Below the pieces are notes generated by a model, which was not told the origin of the DNA, searched no databases, and worked only from the letters and a program-made list of their open reading frames with translations. This document shows positions 51,024 to 64,000 of a stretch of DNA of 64,000 nt, piece after piece. Within the stretch, counting starts at the first letter, position 1; each line of letters starts with the position of its first letter. The position numbers and the translations under genes were made by a program. This DNA is from Octopus bimaculoides. Lineage: Eukaryota. The stretch is from assembly GCF_001194135.2 (NCBI RefSeq), contig NC_068991.1:49074052-49138051 (forward strand), given 5' to 3'.

Positions 51024-51749
51024 CATACAATAACAAGTCTTGTACCTTCATCAGAAGTCTTGTGCCGTGTTTTTCCTTTTTTTTTTTTTGGAGGCAGGGT
51101 CTCANNNNNNNNNNNNNNNNNNNNNNNNNNNNNNNNNNNNNNNNNNNNNNNNNNNNNNNNNNNNNNNNNNNNNNNNNNNNNNNNNNNNNNNNNNNNNNNN
51201 NNNNNNNNNNNNNNNNNNNNNNNNNNNNNNNNNNNNNNNNNNNNNNNNNNNNNNNNNNNNNNNNNNNNNNNNNNNNNNNNNNNNNNNNNNNNNNNNNNNN
51301 NNNNNNNNNNNNNNNNNNNNNNNNNNNNNNNNNNNNNNNNNNNNNNNNNNNNNNNNNNNNNNNNNNNNNNNNNNNNNNNNNNNNNNNNNNNNNNNNNNNN
51401 NNNNNNNNNNNNNNNNNNNNNNNNNNNNNNNNNNNNNNNNNNNNNNNNNNNNNNNNNNNNNNNNNNNNNNNNNNNNNNNNNNNNNNNNNNNNNNNNNNNN
51501 NNNNNNNNNNNNNNNNNNNNNNNNNNNNNNNNNNNNNNNNNNNNNNNNNNNNNNNNNNNNNNNNNNNNNNNNNNNNNNNNNNNNNNNNNNNNNNNNNNNN
51601 NNNNNNNNNNNNNNNNNNNNNNNNNNNNNNNNNNNNNNNNNNNNNNNNNNNNNNNNNNNNNNNNNNNNNNNNNNNNNNNNNNNNNNNNNNNNACACACAC
51701 ACACACACACACACATACACACAAACACATAAATATAACCTTTTTGATG

Positions 51750-52730
51750 TGACTATGCTCTATACTGTTTTCTCCCCAATTCTCTCTAATTCTCTTTTTC
51801 TCCCTTTCATCATTTTCTATGTCTCACTCTCCACCTCTTTCTCTTTTCTTCTCTCGTTGCTTACACGTGACCATCGTCCATCTTTCCTTTCTTCACATGA
51901 CCATCTTTCTTTACGGGTCCGACTTTCTAAGGATTGGACGTTACCTATCTTTCTCTTCTATCATTTCTCTTTTCAAAGAAAATATTTCTCTCGCTGTTCA
52001 CTATTTTTCCCTCGTTCAGGTCTAATGACCCTCCATGTTTGTTTTCGTTCGGTTTCACTGTATGTCTCCACTGTCCTGTTTTTGTTCCTAATTTTGACCC
52101 CATCCATAATCCAGAATTTATTTTGGTATTTATGGGAGCATCTGTCTTCGAGGACTAATATTCTCGTTGATTGCTCGAAATGGGGAATTGACAGACAGCC
52201 GACAACTGATGAAGGGTCGAATTTGTATTCTTTGTATTAATTGTTTTGTTTCCCATTTTTTCTCTCGTTATTTGCGTATTTAACTCTCCCGAATCCTCTC
52301 TAATTCCCTTTTACCGTTTTTTATCTGTCGCTCTCTGTCCTCCTCTTTCTCTATTTTCTCTTTCGTTGCTCACACGTGACCATCGTCCATCTTCCCTTTC
52401 TTCACGTGATCATCTTTCTTTACAACGTCCGTCTACGGACTGGACGTCTCCTATTTCTTTCTTCTATCCTTTCTCTTTTCCAAGAAAATATTTATCTCAG
52501 CGTTCACTATTTTCCCCTCATCCAGGTCTAACGGCCGTGCATGTTTGTTTTCGTTCGGCTTCCTTGTATGACTCCACTGTCCTGTTTTTGCTCCTGACTT
52601 TGACCCTCCAAAAATCCGAAATTTTATTTTGGTATTTATGGGAACAACTGTCTTCGAAGACTCATATTGTCGTTGATTACTCGAAATGGGGAGTCGGTAG
52701 ACAACCGACAACTGATGAAGGGTCGACTTT
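51750..52730 (+). mobile_element. Two diverged tandem about 507-bp units, Penelope pseudo-LTR-like
   Basis: cgtgaccatcgtccatct at 51866 and 52375; gacaactgatgaagggtcga at about 52201 and 52707. Family assignment is inference. Confidence 0.65.
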
Positions 52731-52860
52731 GTAGGCTTTGTATTACTTGCCAGTTTTCCAGTTTTTGGTTCTGTATTTAACTCATTTGTTTTCGTATTTC
52801 ATGTTGTTTGCCGTTGGTGACAACCTGCACCCATATTTGCATATATTTATATATTATATA

Positions 52861-52898
<38 letters not shown>

Positions 52899-55422
52899 NN
52901 NNNNNNNNNNNNNNNNNNNNNNNNNNNNNNNNNNNNNNNNNNNNNNNNNNNNNNNNNNNNNNNNNNNNNNNNNNNNNNNNNNNNNNNNNNNNNNNNNNNN
53001 NNNNNNNNNNNNNNNNNNNNNNNNNNNNNNNNNNNNNNNNNNNNNNNNNNNNNNNNNNNNNNNNNNNNNNNNNNNNNNNNNNNNNNNNNNNNNNNNNNNN
53101 NNNNNNNNNNNNNNNNNNNNNNNNNNNNNNNNNNNNNNNNNNNNNNNNNNNNNNNNNNNNNNNNNNNNNNNNNNNNNNNNNNNNNNNNNNNNNNNNNNNN
53201 NNNNNNNNNNNNNNNNNNNNNNNNNNNNNNNNNNNNNNNNNNNNNNNNNNNNNNNNNNNNNNNNNNNNNNNNNNNNNNNNNNNNNNNNNNNNNNNNNNNN
53301 NNNNNNNNNNNNNNNNNNNNNNNNNNNNNNNNNNNNNNNNNNNNNNNNNNNNNNNNNNNNNNNNNNNNNNNNNNNNNNNNNNNNNNNNNNNNNNNNNNNN
53401 NNNNNNNNNNNNNNNNNNNNNNNNNNNNNNNNNNNNNNNNNNNNNNNNNNNNNNNNNNNNNNNNNNNNNNNNNNNNNNNNNNNNNNNNNNNNATATATAT
53501 ATATATATACCTATATCCATATATACATATATATAGACATATAGAGCCACACACAGCCACACACACAGGCACACACACGTGTATCTATGGATATTTGTTT
53601 ACGTGTTTACGCGTGTGTGTATGCACTCGAGTGTATGAGTCAGTTAGTGCATATTTGAAAACAAGTTAGTAGGGAACAACAAACAAATGTGAAAACGAGT
53701 GTATAGATGTTTTTTTTTATGTGTGCGTACGTGTGTGTGGGTGTGTGCTTGTGTGTGTGTTGTGTGCTTGTGTGTGTGTGTTTTTGCGTGTGTGAGTGTG
53801 TCTGCAAGTAGGTGGGCTCCACTCTGCAGTATCCAGTCGACCGTAGTGGACCGTTGAAGATGTTAAATTCAATGGTAAATGATATATTTAATGAATTGGA
53901 AGTCACGCCTCTAACAAACAATAGAATATATCTATACAGGTATGTACATATAGGTATGTATGTATGTATGTATGTATGTATGTATGTATGTATGTATGTG
54001 TGTATGTATGTATGTATGCAAGGATGGATAAATGGATGAATGCATGGACGGATAAATAAATGTGTGTATACATGAATGCATACATGTATGTATATATGTG
54101 TCCAAGTTCATGTGTGTGCGTGTGAGAGAAAGAGCGAGGGAGAGAGAATTATGAAAATTTATATACACTCGCATATATATATNNNNNNNNNNNNNNNNNN
54201 NNNNNNNNNNNNNNNNNNNNNNNNNNNNNNNNNNNNNNNNNNNNNNNNNNNNNNNNNNNNNNNNNNNNNNNNNNNNNNNNNNNNNNNNNNNNNNNNNNNN
54301 NNNNNNNNNNNNNNNNNNNNNNNNNNNNNNNNNNNNNNNNNNNNNNNNNNNNNNNNNNNNNNNNNNNNNNNNNNNNNNNNNNNNNNNNNNNNNNNNNNNN
54401 NNNNNNNNNNNNNNNNNNNNNNNNNNNNNNNNNNNNNNNNNNNNNNNNNNNNNNNNNNNNNNNNNNNNNNNNNNNNNNNNNNNNNNNNNNNNNNNNNNNN
54501 NNNNNNNNNNNNNNNNNNNNNNNNNNNNNNNNNNNNNNNNNNNNNNNNNNNNNNNNNNNNNNNNNNNNNNNNNNNNNNNNNNNNNNNNNNNNNNNNNNNN
54601 NNNNNNNNNNNNNNNNNNNNNNNNNNNNNNNNNNNNNNNNNNNNNNNNNNNNNNNNNNNNNNNNNNNNNNNNNNNNNNNNNNNNNNNNNNNNNNNNNNNN
54701 NNNNNNNNNNNNNNNNNNNNNNNNNNNNNNNNNNNNNNNNNNNNNNNNNNNNNNNATATATATATATATATATATATATATATAGCGGCGTACGTACACT
54801 TTGGTCTCTTATATGTAAGTATATATTTATCTGTATTTTGTTGGACTCTCTTACCAGGGATCATGTATGTATGGGAGAATTTATATATACATATATGTAT
54901 GTATGTATGTATGTGTAGGGGAATATATATATATATGTGTGTGTGTCTGTCCCCTTCACATATGGTAACAGCGACTGTTGACTATTTTGGTATGCATGTA
55001 CAGCCATCTGTCTATGTGCATCTGAGCACACATATGTGTACTTATGTGCTTATGTCTTTGTATTCATGTATATCTGTATATGGTAATGTATACATGCATA
55101 TGCATGTATATATGAGTTTTTATGTCTCTATGTGGTTTTTTATATGCTTTTTGTAGGTTTTTATATGCCTTATATTTTTATTTTTTATTGTTATTTTATC
55201 TTTGTATGTAAATTTTGCAAAATTCGTGAATTGAATTTTGTAAATCTCTGAAGAGGCCTAGTGAATCATGCATGTACCCCCATTACATCATTTTCATCTA
55301 CTAGTTACTCCAGCGTACTGGAGTTATATAGATAGAATGGGGCATATATACCTTGAAAGAATGTAAGGCAAAGTCAACTTCGTCGGTATTTGAACTCAGA
55401 AAATAAAAAGAGGAGGTATAAA

Positions 55423-55630
55423 TACGAGGCGCATTCCAAAAGTTTCGAGACGTTTCCAAGAGAGACTTTTCTTAATATCAAAGAAGTACAAAGCTCGAAT
55501 CTCCTTCAGAGTAGGATCCTTTGACTTAAATGCACTTGTTGTAGCGCTCCAGCCACTTCGCGAAGGCCCCACGTATATCCTCCAAATTGAGGTTGTTGGG
55601 GACTCTTGTCACAGCCTCTTTCATCTTCTC
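55423..55630 (-). mobile_element. mariner 3' remnant
   Basis: EKMKEAVTRV..LEDIRGAFAKWLERYNKCI*VKGSYSEGD; TACGAGGCGCATTCCAAAAGT TIR-like end. Confidence 0.8.
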
Positions 55631-56335
55631 AAAGCCTTCAAGACTAATTGTCTGGTACTTTATTTTATCAACCCAGGGAGGATATAAATCTAAGTACTCC
55701 TCGACAGATTTTGAATTCAGAGCATAAATGCTGCAAGATATTTTGCCCAACTCTCTGGGTATTCACCCATTCCGACGTATATCAATATTTCATATCGTCA
55801 TTAGGTACAGAGCTAATTTCTTTAGTTTTGCATTCAGCTTCATTAGTTTCACATTAAGAGTAAGTATGTCTAATATAAAAAGAACACATGTTGTTCACTG
55901 CATTTTCTGTATTCCTAAGGTGAATTTAGTGAATTTGTTATGATAATTGTTTTTAAAGTACAGCTTTGTGAGCAACGCATTAATTAATAGTAGTGTTTGA
56001 AACTTTGTATTGCCTGGGGTATGATCTCTGTTTGTAGCACACACACACACATACATATACACTCACACGTACGTATGTATGTGTCCATGTACGCATGTAT
56101 ATATGCATGTATGTATGTATGTATGTATGTGTGTATGTATGTATGTATGTATGTATGTATGTGTGTGTGTATGTATGCATCGCAACCCCTGGTCTTCCCA
56201 GTCCTAAACATAAAACAGCAAACTGAGATTAATCAAACAAGAACATCAAGTCAAAAACAGCAGAACACACACAAATGTATAATGTGTGTATATACTCACA
56301 GACACACACACACACACACACATACACACACACAC

Positions 56336-56393
<58 letters not shown>

Positions 56394-57965
56394 CATGTGT
56401 GTCTGTATATGTGTGTGTGTTTGTGTGTGTTTGTGAGTGTGTAAAACCTACTAATTCAAAAGCTTTAAAATGAAGAATATTAAAGTCTATGATATTGTGA
56501 AGACAAGTGGCTGAATAGTCAAGAGGTAGAAATATACAACCAAACAAATAACTAACTAAATAAATAAATAGATAAAACCCATTTAAAATATAAAAGAATT
56601 ACAAGCAAAGGAAGTAAAAGGCATGTATGTATATATGTGTATATATACGTATGTGTGTGTGTGTGTGTAAAAAATATTTGGGAACGAGCATATTTGTATG
56701 CGAGATAGATATAAGGAAATTTCCGTGGGATGTAATTGTGAGGGTCTTCGTAGCCAAAGCTGGATGTGGTTATTGAGGTGCTGCTACTTTGAAAAGAAAA
56801 CAAATTCTTTTCGGATATACTTACAATAGACGCGGGCGTGGGTTTGTGTTAATAACCCCATGATCCCTGGGTTCAGTCCCATTGCGTGACACCTTGGGCT
56901 AGTCTCTTCTACTAAGGCCTTCGGCTTACCAAAGCCTTGTAAGCACTTTGATAGAGACTGAAAGAAACGCGTCCAATCTATCTGTCTGCTAGCCAACGGC
57001 CATTTTTGTTGTATATGTATTATTTTCTTTTTCGTTGCATATGTATTATTATCATTTTTTGTTGCATTATTATTATTATGATTGTTGTTGTTGAGATGTT
57101 GTCTGGCCCTAAGGACATATTCTACTTATTTTTTTCGCTTTTTTGTCGCTCGTCCGTCCACTAACACTTCCGTCTCGAATTGCTTTTATCCATTTTCGTA
57201 AGTCCATTTCCGTATTCCTTGTTCATCCTTGTTTGTCCGTCTCGTTTTGTTTTGCTGTTTTGGTCGCATTCTCAACAAGTTGTCTTGCTAGTTGTCTCCT
57301 GAGTGGAAGCAATAGTATCGATATTGGCATGAAATTGCAGTCGATCCACTGGCCGATAACTGATGAGGAGTTGGTAACCTGTTTGTGTCTGTGTTTGTCC
57401 CCCACTACTGCTTGATAACCTGTGTTGGTGAATTTGCGTCCCTGTACCTTAACGGTTCGGCAAAAAGGTCCAATTGAATAACTACCAAGCTTTACAAGAA
57501 GGAACAGGTACTGGGGTTAATTCGTTCCCTTAAATTTCTTCAAAGCGATGCCCCAGCATGGCAGCAGTCTAATGACTGAAACAAGTAAAAGAAAAAGTAT
57601 TTTGCTATTCGTCATTCTCATTTCTTTTTTATTTGTTTATATTGCAAGTTTATTTTACTTTTAATATTAGTTTCTTTCTTTTTATGGTTTATTATACTGC
57701 TTGATTGTCTTTAACTTGTTTCAGTCATTGGACTAAAGCTTATTCTCAACAATTACCAGCTGATACTAATGCACGGAAACAATCGTTTTGATTTGGTTTA
57801 AAGCCTGTTCATTCCATTTACATGTATATCCAGTAAGAGGAATATTCCTGCTCTATGGTGGCATATGGTAGTTGATAACAGTAGAGAAAATGCACTTTAT
57901 AAGATTATTACTCAGAAGATATTAAATAATTTCATCTGTACACACACACACACACACACACACAC

Positions 57966-58680
57966 ACGGGCTGAAAACTTCATAGGCTGACTATGAACGG
58001 GTGGTATGTTGCATGCATTAATTTCAACTCTTCTTATTTCATTGTTCGTTTCCAGGTAAACTGTCATCTGACTGTTCAAAGAAAACTTCAAAACTAACTA
58101 GTGGTGTTTTCTCTCGTAAATGGACAAAATCTGGCATTGTGATGTTATCGAGCATCTGCATAAAAAGAATTTAGCCCCCAAGGACATTCATGTTCGCCAA
58201 AGAAGGCTAAGGTCATTTCATCTACGGGCGAAGTGATGGCTTGAGTTTTGGGGGATGCAAAAGACATTACGCTTATTGACTGTACTGCGCCAACTTCCTG
58301 GGGCAGTTAGGAATGGCTATCGAGACCAAACACCCAGGAAAACTGAGGAAAGGGATCTTGTTTCATCAGGACAATGGTTGCTGCGCGTGACTGTGGCTTT
58401 GAACTGGTTGATCACACTCCCTATTCTCTTGGTTTGGTCCCATGTGACTATCATTTGTTCCTCGACCTGTAAAAACACTTGGCTACAGACCAGTATAGTA
58501 TCACAGTGGTTATAGGTCATATCTGTTGTTGATGACTTGTTTGACCAATAGGATGGAAACTTCGTCACCAATGGGATCCCAGCACTGCAACACTGATAGA
58601 AGTCTGTTAACAGCAGAGGAGACTATGTGAAAAATAAGAGTATCTTGGTCAGTCTATGAACTTTTCAGCAGACTCTCGGA
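57966..58680 (+). mobile_element. Internally deleted mariner transposon
   Basis: TIRs ctgaaaacttcataggctgac / gtcagtctatgaacttttcag; degenerate transposase motifs (GEVMA.V.GDAK, FHQDN, YSL.L.PCDYHLF, NGIPALQH, NSRGDYV). Confidence 0.85.
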
Positions 58681-59012
58681 CACGAAGGAATCCCTGAAGT
58701 AAATCCAGTGGCGTTTAAACCGATATAGTAGATGACATCAGGTAGCCAAATACAATGAACCGGCTTTTAACGCCATACTACAAGTTGTATAACCAAATTT
58801 AAAATTATTACCTATATGTATACATACGAGGGTCCGCTGAAAGTTCAACAAATTCACACATGAAATATAAAATATATGTGAGTGTATGTGTGCTTAAAGT
58901 ATATATGTAAGTATATATATATGTATTTATATGAATGTATGTATGTATGTATGTATGTATGTATGTATGTATGTATGTATGTATGTATGCATGTTTGTAT
59001 TTAGGTGTGTGT

Positions 59013-59053
<41 letters not shown>

Positions 59054-59116
59054 GATAGTTGACGATCACAATGACCTAAACCATGAAGGGCTCGACAAAC
59101 TCGTAGTTTCAGTTTT

Positions 59117-59502
59117 AACAAGAGCACTCAGAGAGCGCAAACCTCCGCCAAGGCAACACCAACGTCCTCTCAACGATTAGCCAGAGATGATTTTTAAAAC
59201 GAGAATATCTGAAATAAACTCGACCGCTCTCACAAACGAGAATACAAGAAATGAACCCAACCGCTCTCAAAAATCAAGTAAAAAAAAAAAACGAAAAAAA
59301 AAAAACAGGAAAAATAATCCATAATCCTTATCCGGTACCGGTTCGATCCCAAAATCTAATCAGTTCGTGCCAATCACGAGGCCAAACATTCTTGAAAGTT
59401 TCATCTGAATCCATCCAGCGGTTCTTGAGATATCATGTCCACGGACAAACACGACGGAAATCGATACCTCCGCCTCCGCCTTCGCTAAGGCGGAGGTAAT
59501 AA
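59117..59502 (+). mobile_element. Non-autonomous Helentron/HINE-like element
   Basis: Starts AACAAGAGCACTCAGAGAGCGCAAACCTCCGCCAAGG; sub-terminal IR acctccgcc (59141) / ggcggaggt (59489-59497); 3' hairpin CCTCCGCCTT-cgct-AAGGCGGAGG. Confidence 0.65.
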
Positions 59503-60149
59503 TGACTTCCATGTGTTTGTGTGTTTAAGTTTATGCTTGTGCATGTATGTGCTTGTATGTATGTGTATGTATGCTTGTATATGTGTATGTATATATGCAT
59601 ATATGTATACATTTGAGGCGGGTGATTTAATGTCTTGATTTGCGTTGTTTTATTTAAGACATTGAAGAAACAGATTTTTTTCATTCACATATGAATAATG
59701 ACATGTAAATTATATTGTCTTTGTGTACAATTTCATACATTGTCAATTAATAGGTGACTTAAAATATTTTTGCTTAATTACTTTAATTCCTATTTATGAT
59801 AATTAAATGAAATAGGTCATTTTTTTCTGGGACTTCATTCTGGCCATGATTGTGACTTTTCTAACTATATTTCCTGTCACACCATTTCTCTTCACCATTT
59901 TACCACACACAGTAACATTGAATCTGTCTCAAGATTTATTTTAAGGGGTGGAGTGTCAATGGAATACTATAATTGGAAGAGTATATTGTTACGGTTACGT
60001 TGATCGAACAGCTGGATTCAAAACAGATGATAAATCAATCATTCTAGTATACCACTTAACACAGCATCACTCTGATACTGCTTGGAGATTGTGTTAAATG
60101 CAGAAGTCTCTTTGGAATACGCAACCACTTATTCCAGGAGATATGAACT

Positions 60150-60490
60150 GGATTTTTATCGTCGACTACTTTGACTTACTAGTTATTTTCGCAAACCACT
60201 TTAGCATAAAACCCATCAAAATAAAACTAAACGTTAAACAGAGTAATTTCCATTTAATATCAAATAATGCAACCCAGTGGAAAATAATAAAAAACTAACA
60301 AACGTATAAATACATATTCAAACATAGACGTCATTGAGGTTACCTTCACTGGATTTAACTTTAATACTGAAAAAGAGGTAGATAAGCATGACCGAAGACA
60401 AATTCAAGCAACGCTTTTACAATCACACTGCTACATTAAGGCATACTGATATAATACCAGAGCACACACTTCAAGATAAAGTGGAGAGTT
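60150..60490 (+). mobile_element. Decayed Penelope-like GIY-YIG fragment
   Basis: ..ISMTEDKFKQRFYNHTATLRH.. resembles YIG.TE..FK.RF.NH. Confidence 0.5.
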
Positions 60491-60712
60491 CTAGAAATAT
60501 TCATACCATATTTAAAAACTGCAATGTGACTTTACGATAGCTGCATAATGCGTAGCAGCTTCCCTCAACTTCTGGTTTACACACTCATTTAGGTTTAATT
60601 TAAATGCATGAACATTTTTTTAGTAAATATAAGCTCATATAACACTTCAAGAAACACACACATATATCTTATATATGCATATATATATACATTTATAATT
60701 ATACGTATGTGA

Positions 60713-60766
<54 letters not shown>

Positions 60767-61423
60767 AAATTCAGCTTACTTCGAGCTGTGCGGATTATAC
60801 CGGACTGACTTGGTGCTTCAACTTAAGTACCTAATTCAACTGAATCTCAATTATATATATGTATATATATAATGTCTGTACGGTGTATATGTATGCCTAT
60901 ATATGTATGTACACCTTAATGACCATGTGTACGTACACGTATGCGTATATGTGCATTTCTATATCTGTATGCATTCCACATATTTTGTGTGTATGTGATA
61001 GTTTACAGCTGTCTGTATAGAATATTGAGCACATACTGTACTATATAGAGGCGTGTATAATATTGTTTATATGAATGTATCCATGTGTATATCGATGTGT
61101 AAATATAATGAATGTATATGGCTGTACTGGTGTGGATTCATATGTATATCATGAGTCGCAAATGCTTAAATATTCACATGTGCATATTGTGTAATGTGAA
61201 CTTTTCGATGAGACAGCAAGACTCAAATAGCACTATGCACATCCCGATAATAAACTCTACACAACCACTAATACCAAACGAATGGCTCGATCTCGTTGAA
61301 TAAAATATGACGAACCAATGAAAAACATTTTCTCAAGAAACGCTGAGTTAGTTTCTATGAATATTTTCATATATATTTTACCACCTACCATGTCTTCAGT
61401 ATTCCTACCTACTGATATATCAT

Positions 61424-61492
<69 letters not shown>

Positions 61493-62663
61493 NNNNNNNN
61501 NNNNNNNNNNNNNNNNNNNNNNNNNNNNNNNNNNNNNNNNNNNNNNNNNNNNNNNNNNNNNNNNNNNNNNNNNNNNNNNNNNNNNNNNNNNNNNNNNNNN
61601 NNNNNNNNNNNNNNNNNNNNNNNNNNNNNNNNNNNNNNNNNNNNNNNNNNNNNNNNNNNNNNNNNNNNNNNNNNNNNNNNNNNNNNNNNNNNNNNNNNNN
61701 NNNNNNNNNNNNNNNNNNNNNNNNNNNNNNNNNNNNNNNNNNNNNNNNNNNNNNNNNNNNNNNNNNNNNNNNNNNNNNNNNNNNNNNNNNNNNNNNNNNN
61801 NNNNNNNNNNNNNNNNNNNNNNNNNNNNNNNNNNNNNNNNNNNNNNNNNNNNNNNNNNNNNNNNNNNNNNNNNNNNNNNNNNNNNNNNNNNNNNNNNNNN
61901 NNNNNNNNNNNNNNNNNNNNNNNNNNNNNNNNNNNNNNNNNNNNNNNNNNNNNNNNNNNNNNNNNNNNNNNNNNNNNNNNNNNNNNNNNNNNNNNNNNNN
62001 NNNNNNNNNNNNNNNNNNNNNNNNNNNNNNNNNNNNNNNNNNNNNNTATATATATATATATATATATATGAATGTATGTATGTATGCATACTGCCCAGAT
62101 AAAATTATGACGTAGATAGTTAGAAGTGTCCACCAGCACAAAAACATGTTAATCTATTGATTCAGAAGTTTCTCAATTCAGTAAAATCTGAGTATCAGAT
62201 AAATATTTATTCAATTTTTTTATGAATTTTTTTTACTTATCAAGATATTTTTTATTCTTTTTGCCTTCTTATTTCGCAGACGTATTTTATATATCCTAGA
62301 TGCATTTTGGGTATTTCCAGGAGCTTTTATGCTATAGCCTTCACATCAATTTGTCCAATAATTTCACAACATTTTGTCTAATAATTTCTGCATTCATTGC
62401 TGCAAAACCTTCAATGATTTCTCCACATGACAAACCTTTTCCACAAACATTAGTACCAAAATGTTTAAGCCACCTGTATTCGAATAGCATTATTATTGTT
62501 GTTACTATCAATAACATTTTTAATATGATTGTTTTTTTTTATATAGCATAACTTTAAAAACAAACTTGAGTAGAAGAAGCTCCAGTGGTCAGTATTTCAG
62601 AAATATTTTAAACGTGTGTGTATATGTATATATGTATATGTGTTACCGTGTGTGTGTATAGGG

Positions 62664-62705
<42 letters not shown>

Positions 62706-63341
62706 NNNNNNNNNNNNNNNNNNNNNNNNNNNNNNNNNNNNNNNNNNNNNNNNNNNNNNNNNNNNNNNNNNNNNNNNNNNNNNNNNNNNNNNNNNNNNNN
62801 NNNNNNNNNNNNNNNNNNNNNNNNNNNNNNNNNNNNNNNNNNNNNNNNNNNNNNNNNNNNNNNNNNNNNNNNNNNNNNNNNNNNNNNNNNNNNNNNNNNN
62901 NNNNNNNNNNNNNNNNNNNNNNNNNNNNNNNNNNNNNNNNNNNNNNNNNNNNNNNNNNNNNNNNNNNNNNNNNNNNNNNNNNNNNNNNNNNNNNNNNNNN
63001 NNNNNNNNNNNNNNNNNNNNNNNNNNNNNNNNNNNNNNNNNNNNNNNNNNNNNNNNNNNNNNNNNNNNNNNNNNNNNNNNNNNNNNNNNNNNNNNNNNNN
63101 NNNNNNNNNNNNNNNNNNNNNNNNNNNNNNNNNNNNNNNNNNNNNNNNNNNNNNNNNNNNNNNNNNNNNNNNNNNNNNNNNNNNNNNNNNNNNNNNNNNN
63201 NNNNNNNNNNNNNNNNNNNNNNNNNNNNNNNNNNNNNNNNNNNNNNNNNNNNNNNNNNNNNNNNNNNNNNNNNNATATATATATGATATAAATTTGCATC
63301 TATATATATATATATCTGTGCGTATATACATATACATATAC

Positions 63342-63413
<72 letters not shown>

Positions 63414-64000
63414 TTATTACATACATAGGGATATTTAATGGTAACTAGCTTGCATCTTATACTGTTATTATAGTGATATTAGTGGTGAATAAGTGATATA
63501 ATGATCTTGTGGTGATGATAATAAAATACGAGTAGTGATGATATTGTGTTGGTGACTGTATTGAATGTGTTTTGGCGATTTCAGGAATGACTTACATTCA
63601 TGCCCGTGACGTGTTTGTATTTGTGTGAACATAATATATGAAATAAATATGCTTCTATGTATGTGTGTGTATGTGTATGTAGCTGTGTGTATATGTATAT
63701 ACATATATATGCATGTGTGTGAGTGCGTGTGCGCGCGCGTGTATGTGTGTGTATGTTTATCGTTTTATATCAAGCTATATATAAAAGCAAGTTATTTTTT
63801 TAACTTGAAGATTACTCAATACTTGTGGTAGATTTCAGTTTTATTAAAATTTGGCAAGAAAATGATTGATATGTCTTCTAAATTTCAGTTGGCCTGAACT
63901 TCGTCAAACCGTTTGAAAAAGAGAAGCGAACAGAAATTTGGAAGTTAATGCTAACCTTCAATATATATATACATACATATATATACATATATATATATAT

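Noticed and set aside
42981-53870. Isolated plus-strand acceptor/donor pairs near 37290, 42981, 46583 and 53835
   Set aside because: Cannot be joined into a coherent or recognisable protein
1-64000. Many long ORFs made of CV/YI/HT/LS/poly-X
   Set aside because: Translations of (CA)n, (TA)n, (CATA)n, (CT)n, (TTA)n tracts or N-gaps; not genes

Overview
AT-rich, microsatellite-dense animal genomic DNA with about 14 N-gaps, mostly flanked by (AT)n/(CA)n. The repeat content suggests an octopus or other coleoid cephalopod (inference). Only one protein-coding gene is well supported: a 7-exon YIPF6 (Yip1 family, Golgi membrane protein) on the + strand, CDS join(8327..8356,15845..15955,16753..16831,17638..17680,19935..20066,21287..21444,22378..22493), 222 aa, all introns GT-AG and phase-consistent. 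The rest is mostly transposon debris: two or three tRNA-derived SINE families, R4/Dong-like RLE LINE fragments, Penelope-like elements (GIY-YIG plus pseudo-LTRs carrying type I hammerhead ribozyme motifs), Tc1 and mariner remnants, a Helitron Rep fragment, a Helentron/HINE-like element, and hAT and pogo MITEs. Best second-look items: four hammerhead motifs in two inverted pairs, Dong-like copies sitting in (TAA)n, long foldbacks (one inside the YIPF6 pre-mRNA, a possible ADAR substrate), and several unassigned minus-strand candidate exons. I found no convincing novel multi-gene system. Most long ORFs in the supplied track are microsatellite or N-gap artefacts.
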